From an uncultured Candidatus Peribacteria bacterium (GTDB taxonomy: Bacteria > Patescibacteriota > Gracilibacteria > UBA1369 > UM-FILTER-41-14), in the NCBI GenBank assembly GCA_964386265.1, contig CAYLRB010000004.1, positions 1 to 47,396 of the forward strand: a DNA stretch of 47,396 nt, in the 5' to 3' direction. The notes beneath the pieces are model-generated. The model had not been told where the DNA came from. It did no database searches and saw only the letters and a list, made by a program, of their open reading frames with translations. Numbering within the stretch: the stretch's first letter is position 1; every line of letters starts with the position of its first letter. Below are positions 9,411-19,068 of the stretch, one piece after another. The position numbers were made by a program, and so were the translations under genes.

Positions 9411-10562
9411 ATGATTTCTAAAAGCTTTAAATTACTGATTACTGTTTGTTTTTGTTCCTTGGTTTTGCTTGTAATTCCGAATTTACTGCAAGCACAAGGA
9501 CAGTGTGCAGGTTTCCCAGATGTTGATGGTGATGATAATTTTTGTTCTGCAATTGAGTACGCAAAAAAAATTAATGTTATTACTGGACAAAGTTCAGGAG
9601 AGTTTGGATATGATCAAGTTTTGAATCGTGCAGAAGCGGCTGCTGTTTTAGTAAGATATTTAGATATATCTTTACCAACTGAATTTTCGGAAATTTCTAA
9701 GTTTAAAGATGTAAAAAAATCTGAATGGTATGCACCTCATTTTGAAATCTTACTAAAAAGAGGTATATTTAAAGGTTATCCTGATGGAACATTAAAACCG
9801 GCTGGTAATCTTAATAAAGCTGAGTGGATAACTCTTTGGTATAGAACTTTGGAGTTTGCTGGTAGTAAACAAGAGCAATCAATTAAAGATGTTGTAAAAG
9901 ATAAAAGCACAGAGTGGTTTAGATTTTACTTAAATGATGCTGTATCTAATGGATTTATTACTTTGAATGCTGGTAAATTTGAGCCTGATAAAGGTCAAGT
10001 AAGGCAATTAGTTGCTGATTTAATATACCGTTCAAAAGATGCATCGGCAAATCCGCCAATTCTAGAAGGTGATAGTAGTGGTCAAGGTATTGATGGTAGT
10101 AAATTGGGATTATTAGCAGGTAATGATGAGTTGAAAAATTATGCAGATGTTATGGTTGGAAATCAGTTTAGTGATGCGCCAAATAACGCTACTGTTGTTG
10201 AGCTTTCCGATAACGATAGTTTAACTGATGTTTTTAGTAAAAGTTTGTCAGCTATGTCTAAGACTAATGATTTGGTTGTTTGGGACGTTAATAGTTTGTC
10301 TGCTAGCGGTAGAAATCGACTTTTAGATGGATTAATTACTTTTGCTGCTTATTTGGATAGGTTTGAGCAGGTTCAAAAAATAGGTGATACATACTATCAG
10401 TTAAAAGTTCTTGATTTTGATATGCATGTACTTTGGAACCAGTCTATACCTGCAAACTTAAAATCGGGTACAGTCGGTGTTTTTGCAAATGGTGTTTTAT
10501 TAAGTGATTCCGATTTTCAAAGAGATTCATTGATCTTACCGGTTATTATTTGGAACAACTAA
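9411..10562 (+). CDS. secreted S-layer-homology (SLH) domain protein
   Basis: Signal peptide LLITVCFCSLVLLVIPNLLQA. SLH-type repeats: FPDVDGDDNFCSAIEYAKKINVITG, then NRAEAAAVLVRYL and FKDV..SEWYAPHFEILLKRGIFKGYPDGTLKP. Confidence 0.65.
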   Translation: MISKSFKLLITVCFCSLVLLVIPNLLQAQGQCAGFPDVDGDDNFCSAIEYAKKINVITGQSSGEFGYDQVLNRAEAAAVLVRYLDISLPTEFSEISKFKDVKKSEWYAPHFEILLKRGIFKGYPDGTLKPAGNLNKAEWITLWYRTLEFAGSKQEQSIKDVVKDKSTEWFRFYLNDAVSNGFITLNAGKFEPDKGQVRQLVADLIYRSKDASANPPILEGDSSGQGIDGSKLGLLAGNDELKNYADVMVGNQFSDAPNNATVVELSDNDSLTDVFSKSLSAMSKTNDLVVWDVNSLSASGRNRLLDGLITFAAYLDRFEQVQKIGDTYYQLKVLDFDMHVLWNQSIPANLKSGTVGVFANGVLLSDSDFQRDSLILPVIIWNN

Positions 10563-10572
10563 AATTGATCCC

Positions 10573-12276
10573 ATGTTATATTTACTGAGATTTTCAGGGC
10601 GTATTGTCTTGAAATTAGCTACAAGTTGGTCGAGATTAGTTGGTCATAATAGATTATACTTTTTGGATTTAACACTATGGTTATTTGGTGGCGGATTTTT
10701 AGCGATCTGGTTTTGGTTTGATGGGTTTGTAATAGCACACATTTACTTGTTAATGTCGATTGTTTTTTTAATGTTATGTCGCTGGTTTATTGCCACAGTA
10801 TTGCCAGTGTCAGTTCCTCCTTTGGTTAATGATCCAAAATACTTAAAGCCGTTGTTGGATAAATTTTCAAGCGAATTGGCTGAGTTAATACCTCAACTTG
10901 AAACTCAGTTGAAGGAGTTTTTTGATTTGTCAGGCTGGAAAGCAGATGATTATAGGCAGTTAACGGTTCATGATGTTGCAAATTTAAAGCAAGCTTGGTG
11001 GAAAATAATATTAACAATGAAAAGGTTAGAAACAGTACGCCGTAGGTTCAGTAGATTTTTTGAATTAGCTGATCATAGATATTGTTTTAGGGCGTTATTA
11101 ATTTCATATACAGCCCAGATGCAAATTCTTGCAACAAGTTTAGCAATTATGGAGCGTGTAAATGATCATAAGTTTGTTGAAGAAATTTTAGATGATCAAG
11201 AGTTGTCGCTTGGGCTTTTGCCAGATAATTACCAACGGCTTGTTAGGAACACTTTACATATTAGTGAGTTGTTTCAGGCTTATTTATATGCAATTTATTT
11301 CCAGGATTTAAAAGTTAAGCATAGTTTAAAAGATAGCAAGCTCGGCAAATATTTAAGCTTGGCAATTTTATTTGTAATTGATTCATTTGTGCGAATTGGT
11401 TATTGGAATGCTTTTAATTCAACTAGGCGTTTAGTACGGCGAGAGTCATTTAGGCTGATTTTTCCAATTCAAAAAAACTTGGCTGAGGCAATTGGTAATA
11501 CTAGACTGGCTGTGCGCAGCGAGTATTTGATTGGGCGTGATGACATTTTTAAGATGTATGAGAGTCTTGAGCCATTGGATTTGATAACTACTCGTTCGGC
11601 TTGGTACTTAAGTAATGCTTGGCTGCCAGGATTTTGGACACATGTAATTGTTTACTTAGGAGAACCTGAGAGATTTATTAATTATTTCGAGTTGGATTCT
11701 GATGTTTTGAATTACATTCAAGAGAGTTATGGTCATAAATCTTTGAAAGATCTGCTGGATAAGCATCATCCATTGGTTTGGTCTCGTTGGAAGGAGTCGG
11801 AAGATGGGTTCGCCTGCAATATAATTGAGGCTGTGGCACAGGGTGTTATCATTAGACCATTAGAAGTCGCGTGTGAGGCAGATTATGCAGCTAGTATAAG
11901 ACCAAGAATAAGTAAAGTTGAAAAGTTGAAGATTGTTTTAGAAATGTTTGGTCATTTTGGAAAACCTTATGATTTTAATTTTGATTACACTATTGATAGC
12001 GCATTAGGATGTTCGGAGCTTGTTTATAAATCTTTTAATAAACATGTTAGCTTACCGGTGAAAATCAAACAGGTTTCAGGTCGATTAACGTTACCTGTAC
12101 ATGAGTTTTTGAGAAGTTTTGCTCGTGAACGTGGATTTTTCACGAAAAAACCTAAAAATAGTCGGCATTTCTGGGATTTTGTTTTTTTCTTGGATGGAAG
12201 GCCTCGTCTTGGTCATGCAGAGTGGCGTGATGAAAAAGCTTATTTAAAGTCGGTTGGCCGAACTCGCTGGGACTAA
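10573..12276 (+). CDS. membrane protein with C-terminal YiiX-like permuted papain-fold (NlpC/P60 superfamily) domain
   Basis: N-terminal TM helices. The C-terminal region has His before Cys, as in permuted papain-like amidases: GFWTHVIVYLGE ... ALGCSELVYKSF (the yCSELV motif of the YiiX family). Confidence 0.5.
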   Translation: MLYLLRFSGRIVLKLATSWSRLVGHNRLYFLDLTLWLFGGGFLAIWFWFDGFVIAHIYLLMSIVFLMLCRWFIATVLPVSVPPLVNDPKYLKPLLDKFSSELAELIPQLETQLKEFFDLSGWKADDYRQLTVHDVANLKQAWWKIILTMKRLETVRRRFSRFFELADHRYCFRALLISYTAQMQILATSLAIMERVNDHKFVEEILDDQELSLGLLPDNYQRLVRNTLHISELFQAYLYAIYFQDLKVKHSLKDSKLGKYLSLAILFVIDSFVRIGYWNAFNSTRRLVRRESFRLIFPIQKNLAEAIGNTRLAVRSEYLIGRDDIFKMYESLEPLDLITTRSAWYLSNAWLPGFWTHVIVYLGEPERFINYFELDSDVLNYIQESYGHKSLKDLLDKHHPLVWSRWKESEDGFACNIIEAVAQGVIIRPLEVACEADYAASIRPRISKVEKLKIVLEMFGHFGKPYDFNFDYTIDSALGCSELVYKSFNKHVSLPVKIKQVSGRLTLPVHEFLRSFARERGFFTKKPKNSRHFWDFVFFLDGRPRLGHAEWRDEKAYLKSVGRTRWD

Positions 12277-12357
12277 AAGATGGTATTGTTATTTTTGAAT
12301 GAATTTTGTTTACCTTATGGCGATTTTGTGATATAATCTCTAGATATAACAGTAGCT

Positions 12358-12534
12358 ATGAAAAATAGATCTATTAATAAAAAAGAGGAAGTTAAAAAAA
12401 TGCTTACAAGCTCTAGTCTGATTGCACAATCTGGTTATACAGTTGAGCAATGGCATAAGATTTTGGAAGTTATTCCAGCTGATCAGTTGGATGAGTTGTA
12501 TGGGTTTTTGTTGTTAGAAACTCAAGCCAAGTAG
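12358..12534 (+). CDS. possible 58-aa small protein (below ORF-track cutoff)
   Basis: ATG 12358 to TAG 12532-12534, translating to MKNRSINKKEEVKKMLTSSSLIAQSGYTVEQWHKILEVIPADQLDELYGFLLLETQAK. Preceded by TTTACC-17 nt-TATAAT (12309-12337). No recognisable family. Its 3' end overlaps the convergent MGMT-like gene by 13 nt. Confidence 0.25.
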   Translation: MKNRSINKKEEVKKMLTSSSLIAQSGYTVEQWHKILEVIPADQLDELYGFLLLETQAK

Positions 12535-12830
12535 TGCGTCAAATTGTTTAAGTCGATGCCTTCCTGTTTGAGGATGGTTGTTTTTGCTTGTGCTCCCCTG
12601 TTGTATCCACCTAGGCCTTGTTTGCTTATTACTCTATGGCAAGGAATTGCTGGATCGTAGTTTTTGTTCAATATCCACCCTACTTGACGGGCGGCTTTGG
12701 AATTGCCGGCTAGCTTAGCTACTTGGCCATAAGTCATTAGTTTGCCAACTGGTATTGTTTTGACGATTTGTTGGACACGTTCGGTAAAGTTCATAATGTT
12801 TTTTTTTGCTTGTTTAATGTAGACTAGCAC
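12522..12830 (-). CDS. MGMT-family (O6-alkylguanine-DNA alkyltransferase C-terminal domain) protein
   Basis: 102 aa. TYGQVA helix-turn-helix segment and the IPCHRVI active-site PCHR motif. The N-terminal domain of full-length Ogt/Ada is missing. Confidence 0.75.
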   Translation of the reverse strand: MLVYIKQAKKNIMNFTERVQQIVKTIPVGKLMTYGQVAKLAGNSKAARQVGWILNKNYDPAIPCHRVISKQGLGGYNRGAQAKTTILKQEGIDLNNLTHYLA

Positions 12831-12890
12831 TGACAGCTTGCTAATCCAAGGATATTTCTGTTAGTTTGGATGTAATATAAATATTGAATT

Positions 12891-13487
12891 ATGACTCTAT
12901 ATGATCTGATAAATTACGTTACTAAATTTTTGGCGCTAGGAACTATTGTTCTACATGTTGTATTACTGGCATATGTTGTTGTTTTTATTGGTGCTAGATT
13001 TTGTAAATGTATGAAGAATTTTAAGGCGAATTTGGATGACTTTATTAGCAAACAGCTTGCTTATTTGATTTTGTTTTTAAGTTTTGGGGGAATGGTTGCA
13101 AGTTTGTTTTATTCTGAGATTGCGTTGTATGAACCATGTGTACTGTGTTGGTATCAGAGAATTTTTATGTATCCGTTAGTTTTCCTTGCCATAGCAGCAA
13201 TTCTTTATAAGAAGGCAAAGCCTTTCTTGTCGGTTTATGCAATGCCTTTGATTTTTTTTGGTTTGTTGATAGGAATCTACCAAGTTTTAGCTAAGGTTAT
13301 TGCTACATTTACTTCCGTTAATGTGGATAAATTTTTGCCTTGTTCAACTGATCCAGGGGCAGTAAGTTGTTTGACTGACTATTTTGTGGAGTTTGGGTAT
13401 GTAACGATTCCGGTTATGTCACTAACGTTGTTTGTTTTTTTGACGATCGTGACAGTAATTACACTTATGAAAGAAAAAAGGGGCTGA
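12891..13487 (+). CDS. disulfide bond formation protein, DsbB/BdbC family
   Basis: EPCVLCWYQRIFMYP (the CxxC-WYQRI motif of BdbC-type DsbB), multiple TM helices and a second Cys pair (PCSTDPGAVSC). Confidence 0.7.
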   Translation: MTLYDLINYVTKFLALGTIVLHVVLLAYVVVFIGARFCKCMKNFKANLDDFISKQLAYLILFLSFGGMVASLFYSEIALYEPCVLCWYQRIFMYPLVFLAIAAILYKKAKPFLSVYAMPLIFFGLLIGIYQVLAKVIATFTSVNVDKFLPCSTDPGAVSCLTDYFVEFGYVTIPVMSLTLFVFLTIVTVITLMKEKRG

Positions 13488-13552
13488 CAACTGATCTGAA
13501 AAGTGCTAGATTGTGTACCACATTACTGGTTTTTGTTTTTTGATTAAATTTT

Positions 13553-14746
13553 ATGATTAAGTTGTTACAGAAGCTTGTGTTAGCGGTTTTTTTGTTTTTG
13601 CTTACCTTTAATATTACTGTTGCGAATACGAATTTTAGTGATCTTAGTGAGGATACTATGTATATTGATGCAATTGATTATTTGCTGGAAGAAGAGCTGC
13701 TTACTGGTTATCCAGATGGGACGTTTAGACCTGAGAGATTAGTTAATAGAGCAGAGTATTTGAATTTATTGCTTAAATCTTTTGCAATTAAAACTGAAGA
13801 TGCTAGCGAGAAATGTTTTCCCGACGTGACCTTAAATGAGTGGTACACGAATGCTGTTTGTACAGCTAAAAAATTGGGAGTTATTGAAGGTTTTAACGAT
13901 GGCAATTTTCAACCAGAAAGGTTAGTGAATTTGAGTGAGGCGGCAAAAATGCTTGTTGAAATTGCGTTAATTGCTGATTTGCCTTTGGCAGATGTATGGG
14001 AAAAGATTGATGAATCAGATTCGGATAATTGGTTCGAACCTTATTTGGAAATTTTGAGTAATAGTGGGGTTGATTTAGCGGATATTAAATTTTATCAACA
14101 ACTAAAACGGCAAGAGATTGCATATTTGTTAGCAACAATTTTGCAGGCGGACAAAGATGATTATGAGTTTTTGGAACTTGATTTTTCGGTTAAAGCTTGC
14201 GCTGATGGTCAAACAGAAAGCCAATCCCCTGTTCCATATGAAGGTGAATTACGAACTTTGTGGCTAGATTGGTTTAATGCTGAAAGAGCAGAGCGTGGAT
14301 TAGATGCATATACATATAATTCTGATTTAGATAGAACAGCTAAAAACTGGTCAGATATTGCTTTGCAAAATGGAACAATTACACATAAAAGAAGTGGCCA
14401 AACTTCTTACTATGATTATAAGATCATGCAAAACTGGTTTAGCGATCAAGGAGTCAGCTTCGCTAAAGTTGGTGGGACATTGTTTACAGAAAATATTGGT
14501 TGGGGCTATGCAAAATGTAAAGAGGGGCAAGATTGTAAGCAGCAGTTTGTTTCTGCTTTACGATCGATTTTTGATTTTTATATGAGTGAAGAAGGCAAAG
14601 CTTATAGTCCACATTTTAATTCGATTGTAAGTAAAACTTTTAATCAGGCTGGTCTAGGTTTAGCGTACGATGAAGCAAGTGGTAAGTTGTATTTAACTAT
14701 GCACTTGGGGGTGATGGATACTGCTGAAAGCAGCTGCGAGTTGTAG
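13553..14746 (+). CDS. secreted SLH-domain / CAP (SCP, PR-1-like) domain fusion protein
   Basis: Signal peptide. Two SLH-like repeats (YPDGTFRPERLVNRAEY; FNDGNFQPERLVNLSEAAKML). The C-terminal CAP-like region has WFNAERAERGLDAYTYNSDLDRTAKNWS ... TENIGWG ... SPHFNSIV ... AGLGLAY. Confidence 0.6.
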   Translation: MIKLLQKLVLAVFLFLLTFNITVANTNFSDLSEDTMYIDAIDYLLEEELLTGYPDGTFRPERLVNRAEYLNLLLKSFAIKTEDASEKCFPDVTLNEWYTNAVCTAKKLGVIEGFNDGNFQPERLVNLSEAAKMLVEIALIADLPLADVWEKIDESDSDNWFEPYLEILSNSGVDLADIKFYQQLKRQEIAYLLATILQADKDDYEFLELDFSVKACADGQTESQSPVPYEGELRTLWLDWFNAERAERGLDAYTYNSDLDRTAKNWSDIALQNGTITHKRSGQTSYYDYKIMQNWFSDQGVSFAKVGGTLFTENIGWGYAKCKEGQDCKQQFVSALRSIFDFYMSEEGKAYSPHFNSIVSKTFNQAGLGLAYDEASGKLYLTMHLGVMDTAESSCEL

Positions 14747-14753
14747 GGCTGAA

Positions 14754-15599
14754 TTACGATAAAAATAGTGTTTTTATAAATAACACAAAACCTACGAGCG
14801 CGTTTATATATGGATATAGTGAGTAAAACTTTATGATTTTAGTGGAGCCACCTCTTACTGAGAGTTCGGCAAATGCAATGTATATAAAGCCGATTATTAG
14901 GCTTAATAGTTTAAGCACAGGGAAACTTATTATTGTGGCAATAAAGTAGCAGAGCTGACAAAAACGGATTGTTTTTGTAAATCCGAGTTTTGTGGCAATA
15001 GTATTTAATCCAGCTTGTTTATCAGCTTCAATATCTGGTACTGCAGAAATGGCATGCATTGCCATTGCCCAAAGGCCAGCTGCAATGACTAGCGAGATGT
15101 TTAATGAATTGCTACTAAAAAGTTGAAAACCAACTATTCCAGGTAAAATATATAAAAAATTGCTGAGCGAGTCGAATAATGGACGGCTTTTAAATCGTAG
15201 AGGCGGAAGTGAATAGGTTAGCCCTAAGAAGATAAACCAGCTTAAGCTTAGAATTATTGATGAATTGCTTATAGTAAGCCAAAGTATAAATGGAAAATTG
15301 CTAAGTATAAGTGTGTATAGAAGTGATTTTTCCCAATTCTGTTGGAATCTTATTTCGTAGCCCTCTTTTTTTTCGTTGAATTTATCGGTATCTTGATCAG
15401 CTAGGTCATTAATTCCATAAATAAGTAGATTTGCTGGTAGGCTAAAAAATATTAATCCAATCCAAAATAAAGGTTGTTCTATAAGCTGGGTAATTTCTAT
15501 TGAACTTGTTGCTCCAATTAAAAAAGGGCCGATTAAATACATCCAAAATCGAGGACGACTTATCAGTAAAATTTGTTTAATTGTTGGCTTTTTACTCAT
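14754..15599 (-). CDS. UbiA-family prenyltransferase (candidate lycopene elongase-type enzyme)
   Basis: Polytopic membrane protein with the Asp-rich NDLADQDTD (NDxxDxxxD) motif. Its start overlaps the crtI stop by 8 nt. Substrate assignment is inference from context. Confidence 0.65.
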   Translation of the reverse strand: MSKKPTIKQILLISRPRFWMYLIGPFLIGATSSIEITQLIEQPLFWIGLIFFSLPANLLIYGINDLADQDTDKFNEKKEGYEIRFQQNWEKSLLYTLILSNFPFILWLTISNSSIILSLSWFIFLGLTYSLPPLRFKSRPLFDSLSNFLYILPGIVGFQLFSSNSLNISLVIAAGLWAMAMHAISAVPDIEADKQAGLNTIATKLGFTKTIRFCQLCYFIATIISFPVLKLLSLIIGFIYIAFAELSVRGGSTKIIKFYSLYPYINALVGFVLFIKTLFLS

Positions 15600-17106
15600 T
15601 GATTTTCGTTAGAGGTTGTGCGGATTTGTCTTTTTTTAAACGTTTGTAGACAAGCTCGGCACTTATTAAGCACATTGGTACACCGATTCCAGGATTAGTA
15701 TTTCCACCTACATAATAAAGATTTTTGACTTTTTTGCTTTGATTGTTTGGTCTAAATATGGCGGTTTGACTTAATGTGTGCGCTAGTCCTAGCGCGCTGC
15801 CGCCAAAACTGTGGTAACGACTTTTAAAATCTTCACCTGTGAAGTAGCTTTTGTAAATAATCCTTTCTTTTAAATCGTTAATTTGCATACTGGTTGACAT
15901 GGTTTCAAGTATTTGTTCACCATAATTTTCTATTTGGCTTTCGGTAAGCTCCATATTGGCTGCTACTGGAACTAGTACAAAAATGTTTTCGCAATTTTCT
16001 GGTGCTACGTTTGGTTCAGTTTTACTTGGCATGCAAACGTAAAATGATGGGTCTCCGGGCAGCTTAGGCTGATCGAAAATTTCTTTAAAATTTGTTGGCC
16101 AGTCTTTGCAGAAGACTAAATTATGATGGCTGAGTTGAGGTAGCTTACCTTTAACACCTAAGAACATAATGAAACCAGATGGTGCAATAACACGGGTTTT
16201 CCAGTATTTTTTTGAGTAACTTTGGTATTCTGGAGATAGTAATTTGTTTTCCGTGTGTTCTATGTCGCCATTACTAACAATTAAGTCTGCAGCAATTTTT
16301 TGGCCATTGTTTAATTCGACCTCAGTTGCGATTTGTTCGTTGTTTACATTTATTTTAGTAACTTCTTGGTCACAGAAAATTTCTGCACCGTGTTTTTTGG
16401 CAATGTTTGCGAGAGCGTCTGCAACGGCTTTGATTCCTCCCAGTGGATAAAACACGCCTTGAGTTAAATCCATGTGGCTAAGTAAACTGTATAGGGCAGG
16501 TGTGTTATATGGTGAGCTACCAAGGAATACTAGGGGATATTGGAGTAGTTTTTGTACGTTTTCATTTTTCGTGAATTTTTTTGTGTAACGATCCATTTTT
16601 TGAAAAAGTGATAGTTTATAACCGTTTTTAATAACATCCCAATTAAAAAAATCGGTTATTGAGTCGTAATTTTTGTGTAGAAATTTGTTAATTGCTGTTG
16701 TGTATTGAAATTCTGCTTTATCTAAATAGTCTGGAAGCCATCTTTTTGCAGTTGGGTCTAATTGACTAATTCGCTTTAAGTTTTCTGTAGGATTGGCAGT
16801 AATATCTAAACTTAGGTTAGTGTCCTTGTAAAAAATTCGATACGCAGGATCGAGTTTTACAATTTTTAAATGTTGATCAATATCTTCATCTAGCAGTTTG
16901 AAAAAATTACTAAATATGTCTGGACCTAAATACCAAGATGGGCCCATGTCAAAAATAAAGCCATCAGTAATTAGTTGAGCAGCACGACCACCAATTTGCT
17001 CATTTTTTTCTAAAACTTTTACTTTATATCCAGCTTTACTAAGAATTGCAGCAGTAGCTAGGCCACCAATTCCAGCTCCGATGATGATTGCTTTTTTCTT
17101 TGCCAT
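15592..17106 (-). CDS. crtI: phytoene desaturase family FAD oxidoreductase (CrtI/CrtN type)
   Basis: KKAIIIGAGIGGLATA dinucleotide-binding fold at the N-terminus, 504 aa. C-terminal YYVGGNTNPGIGVPMCLISAE is typical of CrtI-family enzymes. Confidence 0.8.
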   Translation of the reverse strand: MAKKKAIIIGAGIGGLATAAILSKAGYKVKVLEKNEQIGGRAAQLITDGFIFDMGPSWYLGPDIFSNFFKLLDEDIDQHLKIVKLDPAYRIFYKDTNLSLDITANPTENLKRISQLDPTAKRWLPDYLDKAEFQYTTAINKFLHKNYDSITDFFNWDVIKNGYKLSLFQKMDRYTKKFTKNENVQKLLQYPLVFLGSSPYNTPALYSLLSHMDLTQGVFYPLGGIKAVADALANIAKKHGAEIFCDQEVTKINVNNEQIATEVELNNGQKIAADLIVSNGDIEHTENKLLSPEYQSYSKKYWKTRVIAPSGFIMFLGVKGKLPQLSHHNLVFCKDWPTNFKEIFDQPKLPGDPSFYVCMPSKTEPNVAPENCENIFVLVPVAANMELTESQIENYGEQILETMSTSMQINDLKERIIYKSYFTGEDFKSRYHSFGGSALGLAHTLSQTAIFRPNNQSKKVKNLYYVGGNTNPGIGVPMCLISAELVYKRLKKDKSAQPLTKINE

Positions 17107-18032
17107 TTTGTTTTATATATATAATAAGTTTTGAATGTAATTTTTACTTTTTCCCAAAAGGTTGGACGATAGAAATTGGAATCACCGATGATTTTGTAGT
17201 TATTATTTCTTATTTTTTGTAGTTGATATCCATATAAGTTTGCAGCTAATAATACAGGAAATTGCCCAACTTTTTTTAAGTTTCGAATTCCAATTATAGC
17301 AGTTTGGTAAAGGTTTTCTGCTCTGTCCACTTGCCATGTCATAAAAGCTTGCCACTGTTGTTCGGGCATATTATTTTGGATAATTTCGTCGGCTGTGAGA
17401 TTGAATTTTGCCAGTTCGTTGATTGGCAAATAGATGCGATTTCGGTCTTTTATATCTTCGCCAATATCTCTTAAGAAGTTTGTAAGTTGCATTGCATAGC
17501 CAAGTTTTGTGGCATAACTTAGTGATGTCTTGAATAAATCGGGAGATTTTACACCAATTATGTGACTTAACATAATACCAACAACGGCAGCAGAACCGTA
17601 CATATATTCGCAAAGTTCGTTATATGTTTGATAACGATTTTTTGTTAGGTCACTAGCCATGGCATTTAAAAAGTCGACACTATAGCTATAGTCGATTTGA
17701 TACTTTTTATGTAATTTTTTGGTTGCAAGCAAAACAGGGTGTGAATTTTTTGATTCACTTTTTATTGTTTTTTTCCATTCATCTATCCAATTGTGTAGTT
17801 TTTGTTGTACTTCTGGTAATGAGATATCTTCTGTATCCACAATATCGTCGGGAATGCGGTAAAATGCATAGAGTGTGTAGACTGCTTCTCTTAGTTTGCG
17901 TGGGAAAAGTTTTGTTGCCCAGTAGTAAGTTTTTCCACGCTTTTTCATTAAATCTTTTGCAGAGTAAGATTCTGTTTGATCTGTAGTTGGTTGCTTAGGC
18001 ATTGCGATTGGATAGGAAGTCAATAAATTCAA
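17058..18032 (-). CDS. crtB: phytoene / dehydrosqualene synthase family
   Basis: YAFYRIPDDIVD and NFLRDIGEDIKDRNRIYLP are the two Asp-rich motifs of the squalene/phytoene synthase family. The start may be the internal Met (MPKQ, 18002). The 3' end overlaps the crtI start by 49 nt. Confidence 0.8.
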   Translation of the reverse strand: MNLLTSYPIAMPKQPTTDQTESYSAKDLMKKRGKTYYWATKLFPRKLREAVYTLYAFYRIPDDIVDTEDISLPEVQQKLHNWIDEWKKTIKSESKNSHPVLLATKKLHKKYQIDYSYSVDFLNAMASDLTKNRYQTYNELCEYMYGSAAVVGIMLSHIIGVKSPDLFKTSLSYATKLGYAMQLTNFLRDIGEDIKDRNRIYLPINELAKFNLTADEIIQNNMPEQQWQAFMTWQVDRAENLYQTAIIGIRNLKKVGQFPVLLAANLYGYQLQKIRNNNYKIIGDSNFYRPTFWEKVKITFKTYYIYKTKWQRKKQSSSELELVA

Positions 18033-19068
18033 TTAGTTCTGTTTTTGGCAGTGCGGTTGACAGGTTTGTGTTTTCTAGTAATTGACGTGCAGAAGAAAAA
18101 TGGCTCAAAATTAAATTTTGGCAATTTTTCAAACTACCAGTTTTGTCAAGAAGCTGGTGTAATTGATTTGATTCATCAATGTTTAGTTTTTCTTTGTTTT
18201 GCAGTTTTGTATAAATATGTTTATCTTCGTTAGTTGCATGCTCATTAAAGTGAAGTGTAATAATGGTTTGTTGCTTATTGAGTATGTCGTTAAATTGAGG
18301 TTTGCCAGTTATACTTTCAGGCTGCAAAATATTTAATAGATCATCTTGCAATTGGAAAGCCATTCCAACTTCATAGCCAAATTTTTCATATATGACTAGT
18401 AGTTCCTGTGTATAGTCAGGATTTATAAGTGCACCAAGTTGGAGGGGATGAACTAATGTATAGTGTGCGGTTTTTAGTTGAGTTTTTAAGTTTATGGTCT
18501 CGATTGATGCTAGTTCTTGGTCTTGGGCGAGCTCAGTATCAAGCATTTGTCCATAAACAATATCTCTTTTGAGTTGTTTATATGTTTGTTTGATTTGATT
18601 GGCATTTGGGATCGATGTATCACTGTAAAAACAGTCATCTGCTGTAGCTAGTAAAAAATCTCCAACTAAAATTGCTTGGCTTTGTGCTTGATGTTTTGCA
18701 GTTTGGCTGTCTAGAGTTGATTGAAATTTTTGAAAAAGCATTTCATGCACTGTAAGCTCATCTCTGCGCATTGGGCTTTGGTCGATGATATCATCGTGTA
18801 CTAGAGCGAATGCGTGTAAAAATTCCAAACAAGCCGAGATGTTAAACGATATAACTTTATTTGCATTTGGGCCAGCAGCAAGCCAGCTAAGGTAAGCTCG
18901 AATTCTTTTGCCACCTGTTAAAATTTTTTTTGCTTGTTGAAAACTTTGTTCAATTGATTCTGTTAGTTTCCAATTGTCGGTGGTGAGTTCTTTTGTGCAC
19001 AAATCTAAAAAAGATTTTTCAAATTGGTTTTTAAATTCCTGATAACTTTTTGGCCATGGATTACTCAT
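17995..19068 (-). CDS. polyprenyl diphosphate synthase (GGPP/FPP synthase type)
   Basis: First Asp-rich motif LVHDDIIDQSPMRR and second Asp-rich motif FQLQDDLLN. Confidence 0.8.
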   Translation of the reverse strand: MSNPWPKSYQEFKNQFEKSFLDLCTKELTTDNWKLTESIEQSFQQAKKILTGGKRIRAYLSWLAAGPNANKVISFNISACLEFLHAFALVHDDIIDQSPMRRDELTVHEMLFQKFQSTLDSQTAKHQAQSQAILVGDFLLATADDCFYSDTSIPNANQIKQTYKQLKRDIVYGQMLDTELAQDQELASIETINLKTQLKTAHYTLVHPLQLGALINPDYTQELLVIYEKFGYEVGMAFQLQDDLLNILQPESITGKPQFNDILNKQQTIITLHFNEHATNEDKHIYTKLQNKEKLNIDESNQLHQLLDKTGSLKNCQNLILSHFSSARQLLENTNLSTALPKTELIEFIDFLSNRNA

